Part shown: piece after piece, positions 38,734 to 53,100 of the stretch
Layout of the letters: each line of letters starts with the position of its first letter
Numbering within the stretch: the first letter of the stretch is position 1
Source of the DNA: Tricharina praecox
Lineage: Eukaryota
Length of the DNA: 64,000 nt
Direction of reading: 5' to 3'
Assembly (NCBI RefSeq): GCF_024521635.1
Contig: NW_026250413.1
Coordinates: forward strand, 620,001-684,000
Position numbers and translations under genes: made by a program
The notes under the pieces: generated by a model
The model's database searches: none
What the model saw: only the letters and a program-made list of their open reading frames with translations
Told to the model about the DNA's origin: nothing

Positions 38734-41200
38734 ATGAGAGCCGAGCGAATGTTGAATCTCCGAGGAGTGCCACATCCGCTGGAACCGCTATCCGTCGACG
38801 AGATCAATGCTGCGCGGGATGTCATCCGGAGGGCGCGTGTCGGCTCGACGCTGTCGGTGGTATACCGGGACATAACACTCGAGGAGCCGCCGAAGGCGTT
38901 GATGGTGCCGTTCCTGGACGCCGAGCATGCGGGAAAACTCACGGTCTGGGCCGACCGGCCGCCGCGGATCGCAAAGGTGCTGTACGATGTCGTGGCCGCC
39001 GATAGGAAGTCGATGGACTTTTGCTGCTCCATGGTCAACGTCTTCACCGCTCACGAATTGAGCTACGAAGTCATCGACAAGCGGTTCCATTCGCCCTTGA
39101 ATGCGTAGGTGGCCTTCCCCTCCTCCACTGCCAGCAGCGGTAGGACTGACAGTTTTGCTCAGTGACGAGGTCGAGCTCTTCCCTAAAGTTGCCATGGCTT
39201 CCCCCCTATTCAAGGATGCGCTGGCAGAACTCTCGTTGCCAAAAAACGTCCACATTGTGATTGACCCCTGGATGTACGGCGGGTGGGATCTTCCCGGCGA
39301 AACCAGCCCGCGGTGCATGCAGGGCCTGGTGTACGCAAGGGATCCGTCCACAAACAACCCGGACTCGAATCACTACGCCTTCCCGCTGCCGCTGATGCCC
39401 GTGATGGACATGGCCAGTGGACAGATCATCCGGGTGGACCGGCTGGCAACCGGCGGGAAGGAGGACGGGCTGAAGTACGGGACGGGGCCGAAAGAGGCGC
39501 TGCAACATTGTCGGGCTTCGGAATATATCCCCGAGCTGGTGGAGGGTGGGCTGAGACAGGATTTGAAGCCGCTCAATGTGGTCCAGCCGTTGGGACCGTC
39601 GTTTACCGTCACCGGGAACTCCCTGGTCACTTGGCAGAAGTGGAAGTTCAGAGTCGGGTTTACGCCGCGGGAGGGTGCCGTGATACACGACCTGGTACGC
39701 TCGCCTCCAAAATGCCGCAACTGCGTAGTTCCGTTACTGACGGCGGGAGCAATAGCGGTATGATGGGAGGAGTATCTTTTACAGACTTAGCTTCAGCGAG
39801 ATGGCGGTACCGTACGGCGACCCCAGAGCGCCATACCATCGAAAACAGGCCTTCGACTTTGGAGACGGAGGCGCCGGCCGTGCGGCCAACAACCTCGAGC
39901 TAGGCTGCGACTGCCTGGGGTTAATAAAGGTACATACATACGGACTTCTCACTCCGGCGTTCCCCCGCACGTCAGTCACCCGCTGAAACGTATCGCAGTA
40001 TTTTGATGCCGCGATGAGCGATACAGCGGGCAACGGCGTCACCGCCAAAAACGTAGTGTGCATGCACGAGGTCGACGACGGCATCCTGTGGAAACACACC
40101 AACTACCGCACCGGCCGCGCCGTGGTAACCCGCAACCGCAAGCTGGTGATCCAATTCATCATCACGCTGGCCAACTACGAATACATCTTTGCGTACCACT
40201 TCGACCAAGCCGGGGGGGTCACTGTCGAAACCCGCGCCACAGGGGTCGTGAGCACCGTCCCCATCGACCCGGGAAAGACCAGTCCGTGGGGCAACGTCGT
40301 CTCGCCCGGCGTGCTGGCGCAGAACCACCAACACCTATTCAACCTCCGCATAGACCCGGCAATCGACGGCCACAGCAACTCCGTCATCCAGGAGGAATCC
40401 CACCCTGTGCCCTACACGCCGGAGCTCAACCCCTACGGCAACGCCTACGAAGTCCGCCAAACAGTCCTCGATGTCTCCTGCGGTGTCAATGCCGCCCCGG
40501 AGAAAGGCCGCCTCTTCAAGATCGTCAACCCCAACGTCCAGAATCCCATCAGCGGCCGCCCAGTCGGATACAAGCTTGTGCCGTCGCCAACACAGCTCAC
40601 GCTCGCTCACCCAGACTCGATAATGGCAAAGCGAATGGGCTATGCGGATCATCACGTGTGGGTCACAAAGTATAGGGATGGCGAGCTGTTTGCCTCGGGG
40701 AAGTTCACGAACCAGAGCTCTGTCGAGGTACCGTTTCCGTGCTTGATGTTGGATTTGGGCATTTACTGACGAAGAGCAGTGCGGCGGCGTTAAAGACATG
40801 GCCGCGCGCGGCGACAACATCGATAACGAGGACATAGTAGTGTGGCACTCGTTTGGCCTAACTCACAATCCACGAATCGAAGGTAATTCCCCCCCTTCCC
40901 TCCCTCCCCACTGCACATTTTCTCACTCGCTTCCCCCCACCACTAGACTTTCCAGTGATGCCGGTGGAGATCCACCAGATCCACCTGAAGCCAGCGGACT
41001 TCTTCGTGCGCAACCCGGCGATCGATGTACCGTCGTCGAAAAATATGAGCTCGAAACTCCACGGCACTAGTAGTCCGGCAGCGCCGGCGGCGAAGGCACT
41101 CACGATGGCCGATGTCATCAAGGATGATACGTCCGCTACGTGCACGCCGAATAGAGGGCCCCCCCAGCAGTTGGAGAAGATGAGGACTTGTTGTAAATAA
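38734..41200 (+). CDS. Copper-containing (TPQ) amine oxidase
   Basis: PHPLEPLSVDEI, WKFRVGFTPREG, PYGDPR..HRKQAFDFG, LGCDCLG, active-site TLANYEY, copper ligands NHQHLF, and WHSFGLTHNPRIE|DFPVMPVE. Five introns. Confidence 0.96.
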
Positions 41201-41644
41201 TAATGTAATAACGAATGGCTGTTGATATTGATGACGATGACGGTAGATCGTGGGGTGGAGGAGTAAATAATCAAGACATGGCGGGTGATGACATCGAGAC
41301 CGTCACAGCCCCATTACTAGTACATACGAGAATTAAAGAACCCCTCCCTCGCACCCAATGAATGTCTGAAATGATTGCGATACCCTCATCCAATCTCGGC
41401 CGATCGATTGCACGCCCTTCAGTCTCGAGTGATTCTCCATCCAAATCGATAGTCAGCCAACCAAGGCCGGGTAAAACACCTCCGCGAGCGTGGTGGTGGT
41501 GGATGGAAATCGTTGCCGCGCCCTGGCATGCTATCCGAAAACCCGAACCCTCCCTGCAACCGACATCAGCAACCTCCATCGCCATCGCCCCACGCTTCTA
41601 CACCCACCTACGCACGTCTTCGCATCCCAAAACCTACAAACACA

Positions 41645-42041
41645 ATGCTCGCCGCCTCGTGGAAAGCCGCTGGTTTCAGGTGTGTACACATTCACATTTC
41701 TTCCGCCCCGCTTGGCTTGTGACTGGTTGAATGGTCGCTAACGAAGGTGGGGTCTGCGGCAACAGCTACAATAGGTACCTGGCCATCGCCGCCCGCGTCA
41801 TCCGCAAGTCGCTCAAGGAGGAGGCCCGCGTCAAGGCCGACCGTCGCGGCCCTATCGAGCTCAAGTTCGTTAAGTGGGAGGTCGGTTTTTCCCCAGAGTC
41901 ACTGCGGTCGCTGCGATGGGATGGGATGGGATGGGATGCGATGCACAGAGACACACAGAGAGAAGGTACTGATGCTGACACGGGCGGCTGCAAATACAGA
42001 ACGGAAAACAGACCGAGCCGCAGATGTTGTCTTCCAAATAA
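41645..42041 (+). CDS. ATP15: Mitochondrial ATP synthase epsilon subunit (3 exons)
   Basis: MLAASWKAAGFS|YNRYLAIAARVIRKSLKEEARVKADRRG..ELKFVKWE|NGKQ...SSK*. Confidence 0.94.
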
Positions 42042-42354
42042 GCTGCTGCTGCTGCTTGCTGGTGGTGGGCGGTCTTTCTTTCTTTGAAAGTACGTCTAAG
42101 GATGGTGGAATCATGGTGACGGCAAGGAGGGGGGGAAGAAGGATAGACTCGGACAGCAAAAACACAATTGTACATTGCCATTGCGATTTGTTCTCTACAA
42201 CCTGACCTGACCTGTGCCTCCTCACGCTCACTCGCTTGCACGCATCCTACCTGTCGTTTCTTCGCCCACCGTGAATTGGCTGGCACGGCATGGCATGGTG
42301 GTGCTGGCTGTGCTGTGCTGCTCAATGCCACAGAAATTTCGCTTCTTTTCCGGC

Positions 42355-42407
42355 GGTGGTGGTGGTGGTGGTGGTGGTGGTGGTGGTGGTGGTGGTGGTG
42401 GTGGTGG
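42355..42407 (+). repeat. (GGT)n microsatellite
   Basis: About 17 perfect GGT units; they explain the poly-H/P/W/V/G runs in the ORF track. Confidence 0.95.
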
Positions 42408-42764
42408 ATACTCCCGCACTCGCACTCACTCTTCCGCCGGGTCACTGTCCCCCTCCATCCATCCAATTACCCGGCCGGGCTGCCTGCCAACCAGCCAGCT
42501 AACCAACCAACCAACCAACCAACCAACCAACCCACTAGTCCGTGATTCTGCCCCACCTTCGTTTCGTATGTAGCCGGATGACTTCATAAGTCAAGTAGTG
42601 GGGCCGCACCGCACCCACCCTGTACCGGTACCGTATGTAACTAAGGAACGCGTGAAATACCTCTTGACTCTTGAGCCCAAATTGTGCCGCACATCTTCTT
42701 CGACGACCACATTTCATATATACACGACCTCATACGTGCCCAATATTCCGGCAGAACAGCAGTG

Positions 42765-45566
42765 ATGAACGGGTGCGAAACCAACCCCAACAGCCACAGC
42801 AACGGCCACGGTAGCGGCGTCGAAGAGCTCGGTGCGCACCCATATCGCCTACATGCTCATGTAGGTACCCATGCATGCGTGCAACCTCGCTGACGACAGT
42901 TCGAGACCCGCCCGCAGGCATTGCAAAGCTGCAGCTCCTCGACGACCACGACGACCACGACGACCAGAAGAACACGGCTTCGGATCCTAATATCCACCAC
43001 GAATCCGCGCCGCAGCTGCCGCAGCCAGCGACCGCCCCGATGAGCAGGTTCATCGACATCACGAGGGAATTTATCGAGGCTTCTGAAAGTACGGCTGCTT
43101 GGTCCCGTCCTGTCCTATCCACCGTTTGTACTGCTAGCCAGCCAGACCAGATGCTGACATTCCGCGTGGGTGGGTCGCAGAGCTCGATGTCGGCCAGCTC
43201 GTCAAAGATCATGAGTTCACGCTATTCCAGGCGGTGGGAGCGTTAGAGGTATGTCACTCTCCCGCCTCTCCTCAAGAGATAGCACGAGGATGCGCTGTTG
43301 ACGATATGATGTCCGGCCGCCGCAGATCGGAGACTTGAAGATGGACAGCGGCCTGCTCGAGCCGGAGTACGAGCTGTTTGATGCGTGGAAACCAAGACTG
43401 CCCGAGGAGCTCGTGGGGATTATGGATAGGCTCTTGTGCAATGAGGTACGATTAACTTCAAGAGCTTGCGCTTACTATGGCGGGGGGAGGAGGGGAGGGG
43501 GGAGCTGGCTGACTGACTGCTGACGGGTGGATGTGTACTACAGATGGCGTGGCATTCCGGCTCCGCACTCTCCCAGACGCTGTTTGCGAATCTCTACATC
43601 GACCAACTGCTCTCGTCGTGTCCGACGACACTGAAGCAGGCCACGTTCGGCGCACGGCCGGGCACGCCGGCAGATCTGCTGGACGCACTAGGCCAGGACA
43701 TTGTGCAGAGCGTGCTCAGGCCGTACTGCATCGCGCTGATAAAGTGCTGCGGGTATGTTTGCTGGCAGGTGCCCAGTGAGCGCATGTACGAGGTATGCCA
43801 TGGCGTGAGAGGGGGGAGGGGAGGGGAAGGGAGGGGTGGGGACGGGAGTGTGCGCTGATGACTGTAGGAAGAGGATTTCGTCCAGCAGACCTACGGACTA
43901 CCGCTCCTGCAGATCGTGGACGCCCGTGAAGTCTTTGCCCTCCTGGAGTCGGCGTTGGAGTGGCTGGATGAGAATAAGGGGGCGCCATCGTTGTCGGAGG
44001 AGCTGGCCACCGCCATGCGCAATCGCCTGCTGCTCAGGAAATCACTGCTTGAGAACTTCTCGCTCGGCGCTGAGATGTACCATGAGGGTGTTGAGTCGAC
44101 GTGGACCGGGTGTCTCGAGTTGGTCGCTAAGGTGGAGAAGGAGCATGCCCTGGCGAAAGAGGTGCCTGAGGCGTGGAGCATGTCGGTGCAGAGGAAGCTG
44201 GCCAGCTCCGTCCCGCCCAGGTCGCTGGTGGAATTGCCATTCGAGGAGGCGGCAACGACGCTAAAGCAGTTGTGTGCTGAAACGAAGGATATACTCAAGA
44301 TTCTGAACTATGCTGGGGCGACGAATACCATGGTGAGTTTGCACCTCATCGCAGATGGTTTCCATTGCTGACCATGAGGAGACATATTTCATGCACTTCG
44401 GGGCAAGAAGGCCAGCCCCACTGCCATACACCCGGTCGCTCATACAGTCACTGTTCATGAAGGACGTCAAGATCATTGGAAAGATGCCGGTAAAGTGCAT
44501 CCTCTTTGATGACCTCAGCGAGCTCTGCTACCCGATGCAGGAGCTCCTAAATCCAGCCAACTTCGAGGTCGAAGCCCCGCAGAGCCCACAATTCCAGATC
44601 GCGCGACGCATGGACTGGTTCGTCGAGCGCGCTGGCAAGGCATACATCAACCTGTACCGCGACTTCTGCCAGAACCGCTCGCGTCTCCGCCGCATCCTCT
44701 GCAAGTCCATCCTGGACTGGGATAGTCTCCAAGTGGAAGCCGAAGAGATCGATTCCGAGATCCGCACGTTCACCCTGGAGGAGCCGCTCCAGACCCGCGA
44801 CGGCCCGCAGTACAGCTTCTCCCTCTCCAGCTGGGTCTACCACTACAAGCTGCACCTGATGGAAACCGTCGTCCTCCTCGGCTTCGAACTCGAGATCTTC
44901 CCCCTCCACGAATTCGCCGGAATGTACTGGTACCTGCAATACTACCTCCGCACGCGCGCCGCGCACGTCGAGCGCATCTGCAGCTTCGTCACTAAACCCC
45001 CCGCCTCCTCCTCCTCCTCCGCCGAAGACCAGGAGGCCTACCAAAAGACCCACTCGCTGCTAAACTACCACCTCCTAACCATCACGTCGATGCAAGACCT
45101 GTCCACAGGCCTAGTTTACCTCTACTGCGTGCTCGCACGCCACTCCCTGCTCGGCCCGACCCCGCCCGCCGACGCCCTCCGCTACGAAGGCCGTCTAAAG
45201 CCGTTCCTGACAATCGGCTGCCCCGAGGTCGTCGCGTACTCCGCGTTCCGCGACGTAGTCGACAACGTCGAGATCTCTGACGCCGAGCTGCTATCCTACG
45301 CCGCCGAGCACCTGCAGGAGGCCAAGCGAGGGTACATGCACATTGCCAAACTCGACGCCGACACCGCTAGGGCGACATTGTGTGAACAGGATTGGAGGAA
45401 AAATATGCAGAGGTTGCTCAGGAGCTGCTTTGGTGCGGCTGTGGCGGTCGGCGTGCTCGCTAGGGAGATGGAGGTGGGGGGGCTGGAGGGGGTCAAGGTC
45501 AGTCTCGATAGGGGCGCGGGGTATCATGAGGCGTTTCCCGTGCCGGTTGTGGGCGTGAGGAAGTAG
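42765..45566 (+). CDS. MAK10: NatC N-terminal acetyltransferase auxiliary subunit Mak10/Naa35
   Basis: DITREFIEAS|..LDVGQLVKDHEFTLFQAVGALE|IGDLKMDSG, MDRLLCNE|MAWHSGSALSQTLFANLYI, YEEEDF, CQNRSRLRR and GFELEIFPLHEFAGMYWYL. About 6 introns. Confidence 0.93.
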
Positions 45567-46027
45567 GAAGTAGTGTGGGAGGGGACGGTGGTGGTGCGTT
45601 GGTGTACGTTACGTTACGATATCAAGGGAGTGAGTGCTGTGCTGTGCTGTGCGTGGGTAGATAGTAGGTTTGCTAGCGGAGTTGGTCTCTACATACTTCT
45701 TTTCTTCTTCTTCTATGCTTACACGATTGTTGTCATGGCGAGTGATATTTCAAGATCGTGTTCGATCATTGATGGGCATTGGCCTCGGTATAGTAGAGTA
45801 TCACTCATTCTTCTCCCGTGGAGCTGCCCATTGTTCTGTTCTGCTCATAGACCGACCGACTGACCGATCGTCTTATCCATCCATCATCATCTACCACTCG
45901 CCCACTTTTTCACCAGAGCGATCCAAAACCAAAACCAAAAAGCGAAAGACAACAGAAAAAACCAAAAAGCAAGGGTAAAGGGAAAAGGGAAACTAGTATA
46001 CACACCGCCACAAAACCTGGATGGCCT

Positions 46028-48486
46028 CTACAACTTGGCCTTCTGAGGATTCTCCCGATCCGTCTCCTCATACAGCGCATCGAGGATCTCCTTGTACTTC
46101 TTTGTGGCAGGTATCCTCTTCATCTTGAGTCTGTCACGCCACGTGCATTAGCAATATTCCTAGCCACCACTACCCTCCAACACTCAGAAAGGAGGAAACT
46201 TACGTCGGCGTCAACAGATCATTCTCGATAGTGAAGGGATCGATACACAGATGAACGTTCCTAATCTTCTCGAAGCCCTGTAGCTTGACTCTCTTCGCGA
46301 CCTTTTCCATTTCCTTCAATGCAGCCATGCGGACCTTTTTATCCGCGCAGGCATTCTCTATGGCGACGGTATCCGCAGGGTCGATGGTGCGCTTCAGGAC
46401 CTTACCCGCAAAGTCGGCAAAGTGCGCGCGGTCGACGCCGAAGACCCCGACGAGGTACGTCTGGAACGGGTCGCCGTAGGCGAGCCCCTGCGCGAACACC
46501 GGCAGGTTCGCGAGGTACTCGTTTTCGACTTTTTCCGGGGACACGTATTCCCCCTGTGCCAGCTTGAGCAGGTTCTTGACCCGGTCGATGATCGAGAAGC
46601 GCCCGAGGGAGTCGATGCTGCAGATATCGCCGGTTGCGAACCAGCCCTCGGAGTCGAATGACTCTGCGGTGATGGTGGGGTTCTTGTAGTATTCTTTGAA
46701 GATGGTGTGCCCGCGGATCATGAGCTCGCCGCGGGGCTTGGGGGAGTCGGATGAGGTGTAGCCCATTTCGGCAACGTCGCGGAGCTTGCACTCGTTGGTT
46801 ATCGACGGCGGGCCGCAGTTGCCGGCGCTGTTGTCTTGGACTAACTGCCCGAGGGCGACCGCGTACGTCTCTGTCATGCCGTAGCCTTCGATGAAGTTGT
46901 TGCCGAAGATCACGCGGAGCGTCTGCAGGACTTCAGGAGCGATCGGGGCCGAGCCCGAGACCATAGCGCGGCAGCGGTCGAAGCCGAGGGCGGCGCGGAC
47001 TTTGCTGGCCCAGATACGGTCGTAGAGGGCGTGGCTGTTGCTGCCGTTCGTCTTCATGTGCTCCATCTTTGCTGCCAGGGCATGGCGGGAAAGCGCGCCC
47101 TTGATGCCGCCTTGCTCGACGGTGGCTTCGAGGATGGCGTTGTAGATGCGGTTGAAAAGGCGCGGGACCGAGATGAAGGTTGTGGGACGCAGCGTCTTGA
47201 TGTCATCGAGGACCTCGGAGATATTGCCATGGAAGAAACCGACCGCTCCACCACCCCAGAGGGTGGTATTCTCGGCGATACGGGCGTAGATGTGCGCGAG
47301 TGGTAGGTACGAGAGCGTCACGTCATTTGGGGTTTGGTACATGTTGCTGGACATGGCACACGAGGCGGCGGCGACCGCATTGCTGTGCTTCAGCAGCACT
47401 CCCTTGGGGAATCCGGTGGTGCCGGAGGTGTAGTTGATGGTGATGGCGTCCTCAGGGCGGGGAGGGCTGGGCCGCAGCCCGCTCCTCTCACCCATCGCTT
47501 CGACTTCGGCCATCGTGTACAGTGCTACGCCCTTCTCGGCGGCCCAGGCCCCGAGGATTGCCTTCTTGCTGTTGCCGGGGGCCTCGCCCTCGCCCACCAG
47601 AGGGTCCATGCAGACGATGGCCTTGAGGCCGGGGCATTGGTCCTTTATCGACAGCAATGTGGGAATGTGCTATCACTCGGATCAGCCCGTGTCCTCGTAA
47701 CGGGAAACGAGGAACAGGGTATCACTCACCACAAGACTGGCGACAACGGTAGTGAGCTCAGCATGGTTGATGATGTACACCGCCGTATCCGGACCGAGAG
47801 TATCGTAGATGCTGACAGAATACAACGATTGGCTCATGCACGCGATGTCGGTGATCTGCCACTCAGGCCTGTTCTGCGACCAAAGACCGGTGGGGACATG
47901 CTTTTCCGTGACCTAAGAATAAACGCGCGCCCGATTAGCGACTGTCGCCGTCACCGTCATCTTCACCGGGTGAGCATGCGACATACTCCCGCCTGTTGAT
48001 GCAACTGGACCAGTCCAGCGCCCAAGTTCTCACTGCGCTTCTGCACGGTTTTGTAGTCCATCCAATTGTACGGGCCCCATTTCTTTGACTTGGTATCCTG
48101 CTCTCGCCATCCGAGGCAGTTGTTGTTTGGGTATTTGGAAGCTTATTACAGTCAGCAGTCTGTCTCGGCGACATCGGTCGGCACTCGGGATTCTCACATG
48201 CAGAGACGAACGCCTCCCACATAGTGGTGATCTGTTGCGCGACATCAAATGTTTTAGTTCTCATGTGGTCGCGCGCAGTCAAGATGGAGACGAATAAAGA
48301 TCATACCGACGGATCAATGGTCTTTGGCAACTCTCCGACGCCAGTATGGTAGTGGCGATACACAGCGGTGCAGCCAGGCCTCTTGCTGCCCGGGACAGCG
48401 ACACCGTGAGGCTGGCCCTTTGGCGGCAATCCGTTCTTTTTCGAAGCGGCGGCGAGATACGGGTCTGGGGAAGTTGGAACGCCCAT
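46028..48486 (-). CDS. Long-chain fatty acyl-CoA synthetase with PTS1 (-AKL); peroxisomal, Faa2/FaaB-like
   Basis: AMP-binding motifs INYTSGTTGFPKG, SYLPLAHIY, EGYGMTE, GWFATGDI and IIDRVKNLLKLAQGEYVSPEK. The last exon (after an intron at about 46132-46203) ends ENPQKAKL*. Confidence 0.93.
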
Positions 48487-50133
48487 TGTCGTTGTTGTTA
48501 TTGGTGCTGTTTTTGTTGTTGTTTGGTTTGTTTCGGTTGGCTATGTAACTATCGAGGGATCTATGTACGCGCGAGCTGGAGCTGGCCGAAGCGCTGGCTT
48601 TAAAGGAAAGCAGCGATGTCTGCGACGGCGACTGCGGCTGCAAGTTCTCGTTCAGCTCGTGACAGACAGACACAAGACACAAGACGCCGCGCTGTGCAAC
48701 TGCAGGGGCCACGACGTGGCTTGTGGGGATGGGTGTCGTACGGACAGATTCTCGTGTAGCTAGCCAATCAGCTGGGACGGTGAGGCGTTGGGAGATGGGC
48801 GCGATGGAAGAGCAGTTGGAGGAAGTTGGAGGTTGAGGAGGTTGAGGTCTTGGAATGTGGAAGAAGAGGAAGAGGAAGAGGAGGAATCGGGGGAGGAGGA
48901 AGGAGAAGGGTAGCAACTGTTCTCTATTTTGACAGCGGCCAGGTATGTGAATGGATGGCCCAGTTACCGGAGGGGCGTGGACATCCGGGGCATCCAACTA
49001 CATACCCACCTATGTATCGTCATGGCACAGAACCGAGAGCGCACGAGTTTCCCAAGTCCAGGCCGGAGAGGCCGAGGTTCCGAGGGTAAGCAAGTACTCT
49101 AGCATGGCCGTGATTGAGCTTTCGTTCATGTGCAACTTCCCCGGACCCGGAAGCGCAGCTATGGATGGCCGAGTCGTTTGGAGAACGATGCTAGGACTGA
49201 TAGCGGTTAGGGGATGGAGCTACGGAAGAAGTATAGTGGGGGAGTAGTGTGGCGGCGCAACAAGCGCGGGGCGAATGGGAAGGAGAAGAAGGGTGAGGAG
49301 TGAGGGGTGGAGAAGGTAGTGATGGTGGAGAAGGTGGTGGAGCCGTGATGGTTGTGGTGGAGAATAAGGAGTTGCGATGATTGGAGCATGTAGATACCAA
49401 GTATCTAACTTAAATGGGTATCGAGATGGTATATACATGAAGAAGTAAGGAAGGAAGGAAGGAGGCAGGAAGGAGGCAGCAAAGCCGAATGGAGCATTGG
49501 AGGCTGGAACATGCCTCCCCTCGCCACGGCAGAGTATCTACAAACAAAAGGAGCATGCTTCCCCCCCGCAGAGTTCTTCACCCTTGCCGCAGCACAGTCC
49601 ACAGACCGAGTAGGAAGCTCACAGAGTACACGTCATATGTAGGTACCTAAGCAAGTGCTTTGGGTACTTGGATAGAGCATATATTCTATTCTTCACCGAG
49701 ACGCACGTCGACACTCGACATATCAACCGCTACATACAAAACTATTCAGGCACATGTTACTAAGGCCAAGCCGAGGATCCCCACAACTCTCATCTCAAGA
49801 CCCCCACTCCCGACAACACCGACGCCGTCACCACCACACCACCACCACGGCTACTCTACATACAAGGAATACTACCGCCACCACGGCTACACTACAACCT
49901 ACTATATACTACCACCACACCTCACATCGACAACCATCCAGATACCTCCATCTCCGGTAATTCAATCCGTCAAACCAAACACCCGAATCAATCTACAGAG
50001 GGCGAACGTGTGTGAGAGAGGCGAGACGTGAGACGTGAGAAGTGAGACGCTGTGTCTGTTCTCGGTGACAATACTCGCAAGGTAGCAAGAGAAGTACAAG
50101 AAAAAACTTCAAATCTCCCTCCAATATAATACC

Positions 50134-53100
50134 ATGGACGGCCTCATAATAGCGACACGTCCTCCACCCCGCACCACCACAAATGGCACGGCAGCAGCAG
50201 CACCAGCGCAGGAAGAGTTCCTAACTATTGCCACCACCACTACCACCGCCACCACCACTGCAGGCCCCACCCGGAGCGACAATCCATCGGCAGCTCCGCC
50301 CGTGACGCAGCAATCCTCCTTATCCGAGATCCTCGACCAACTTCGCTCCCCCAGCCCCACGTACGATACCGTCGTACGCTGTTTCCGTTGCCTCGACCTC
50401 AGTCTCGATCACGACATCCTTAGGCCCTCCCCGCACTCCTCGCAGATCACAAAGGTCCTGCTCGAACGAACGCTTCCAGATTTCTGGGCCGTGCTGAAGC
50501 GGGAACGCGGGGCGCTGGCAAGATGTTTAGGCTCCCCCACGGGGCTCGGCGGCATCACGGCGAGGTTAAAAGCCCTGATACCACCTGCCAGAAACGAGGA
50601 GGCGGCGGGGGCGAGTGGCGCTCGCCAAAATCTGGGGGATCTACTGGACCTGTTGCAGGTGGTGTTGGGGCGGGCGGATTTCGTACACAGCGTGTGGGAA
50701 CTCTCTATCGTGAAGGAGACGGAGATGAAAAGGGACATACTGTGGAAGGAGTTTGCGACGTTGGTCGGCGGCGGCCGCTTACTGAGCGTGGCGGCCGAGG
50801 CTGAGACCACGCTGGGTCGGCTAACACCGCAGGAGCGCTGGGTGGGAACCGGAAAGCTCTATGCGCTCTGGCTGGGACGCGGAATCGCAGAGGCGTGCTT
50901 AGGCTTCGATCCCGACGAGGCCGACGATGCTGCCGCCTGGAAAGCAATGTCGGTGCTGCTGACGGCGAGCTTCAGGCTGGGATACTCGGGTATGTAGGTG
51001 GGTGACATGGCGCTGACTGGACATTGCATGCTGACAGTGCGTGCGGGAAATAGACAGTGTGGTGGATGGCCTGGTGCACAAGCTTATCACTCCCCAGGAT
51101 GACTCGGCGGTCCGCCTGAGGAAGCTGGTTGTTCTGCTGCCGGTACATGATAAGCGAACATTCATCCTCTCATTGTTGCGAGTGATCTCGACTCGGCATC
51201 TACAATCGGATGCCTTCGAGGATGGTGACGAAACGTGGTGGAAACACGACGAAGCCAAAGTCGCTGGCGCCGCCGCACTCCTGGAGAAGATCGTACTGCA
51301 CGATGACGATTACCGATCTCTGGTCCTGGAGTGGCTTACTTCGAGCTCTGGCGGGGGCATTGGCGAGCCCATCGCTCTCAGAAGGGCCATCATGGCGGTA
51401 CTGGCGCATGAAGGATTGGCGTTCAGAGGGCTATTTGAGAAGCTGCTGCAGCAGTTTGCCGACAAGCTCTGGATAAAACACACCCCTATTATGCGGCAAG
51501 AAGGTCCGTCTCGGTCCTCCACCCATCCTTTTTTTTTCTTTTGTTTTCCGTCACCACCTGTATATATTCAAAAATTACATTGTTTACCCACCGTGAATGC
51601 ATGGACTCGAAGCTCATTGCTCGTAAGTGAGCGTCCAGATCCTCCTACTGTGCGCAGGTATCGCGCGCCAGAACTCCCCCTCACTCCTCGCCCGCCTGGC
51701 CCGATCATTAAACTACCTCAGCGGCGTCTCGAACCACATTGCGTCCTCATCGCATCGCTCTAGGTTCCTGGGGATGATCGTGGGCGAGGCCTTCTCGGCT
51801 CTCGTCGACAAGGACGCAAAGATGAAGATGTCCTTCGAAACCGAGGATATGCTGGGCTCGGATGCTAAATGGTGGAAGTCGATTCCGTACATCGAGGATA
51901 AGATTGGGGACATCAAGGATTTGATTTCTGCTCCGAAGTCCGTGGTTAAGAAGCGCAAGCCCGTGGTTGCTGCTACGAGTACTACGGTCAGTTCCTCGGG
52001 GATTCAGGTTGTCGATGAGCAGGAAGACGAGGAGGAGGAAGAGGAAGAAGACGACGAGTTCACGCCATATGCTCTCCCCGACTCCGACACAGAGGATGCA
52101 CCAGACGAGGACGCAACGACGATAGACAGGAACAAGCCATCACCACCAGTGTAAGTCTCACAAAACCACCCTACCTCGCCTTGATCATCACCGTCTAACA
52201 CCTCAATGATAGTTACATTCGCCAACTCCTCTCCTACCTCCTCTCGCCGGACAATTACGACAAGCAGCTCCTGGCGCTGCAACACGCCTCGGCGCTCATC
52301 CGGCGCAAATCCGGCCCCGGCAACACCAGCAAAGAAGTGATCTCTCACCTCTCCCAGCTCGCCGCCGCCTTTGCCGGCCTCGACGACCGCTACGACATCC
52401 CCACGTTCGACGAGCTGCGCCGCGACGCCCTGGTCGCACTGATCCTCGCCGCGCCCGAGAAGATGGGCCCCTGGACCGCGCGTTCCTTCTACACGGGAGA
52501 CTACGGCCTCGCGCAGCGCGCCATGCTCCTCTCCACACTCGGCCTAGCCGCACGGGAGCTCGCCGGCTTCACCTCCGCCCCTCCCCCCACCACCCCGCAC
52601 CTCCCAGCGCACATATCCTCTGTCTGGGGCTCCACCTCGGACCCTATCACCTCCCTCTCCTCCACTCTCGCAAACACGTACCTAACCCCCCTCGCCGCCC
52701 GTGCCGCCGACTCCCTCAGCGGCCCCCGTATCCTCAAGGTGCGCACCTTCTCCTCCCGCCTCGCAGTCCAATCCCGCACTCCCGTGCCCACCACCCGTCC
52801 CATCCTGCAGGCATTCCCTTACCTCCTCCTCCCCCTAACCGGCGGCTGGAGCATCGCGGCGCGCGACTACGCAGGCGCACAACCACACGCCGACCCCGCG
52901 CTACTAGTGCACCTCCTCAACACCTTGTCGGTACTCGTGCACGCGGCGGGGCCGGCCGCGCCCGCGCTGGCAGATATGTGTCGCGAGGTGCTGCAGCTGC
53001 TGGCGGGGATAAGGGGCTCCGCAGCCGCCGCAGCTGCCGCCGCGGGCGAGGGCCGTGTGCGTGAGGCGGTGCTGCTGGGAGTGCTCACGGTGCTAGAGGT

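Noticed and set aside
41870-42573. ORFs with poly-His, Trp, Gly, Pro or Val runs
   Set aside because: Translations of the (GGT)n microsatellite in intergenic DNA.
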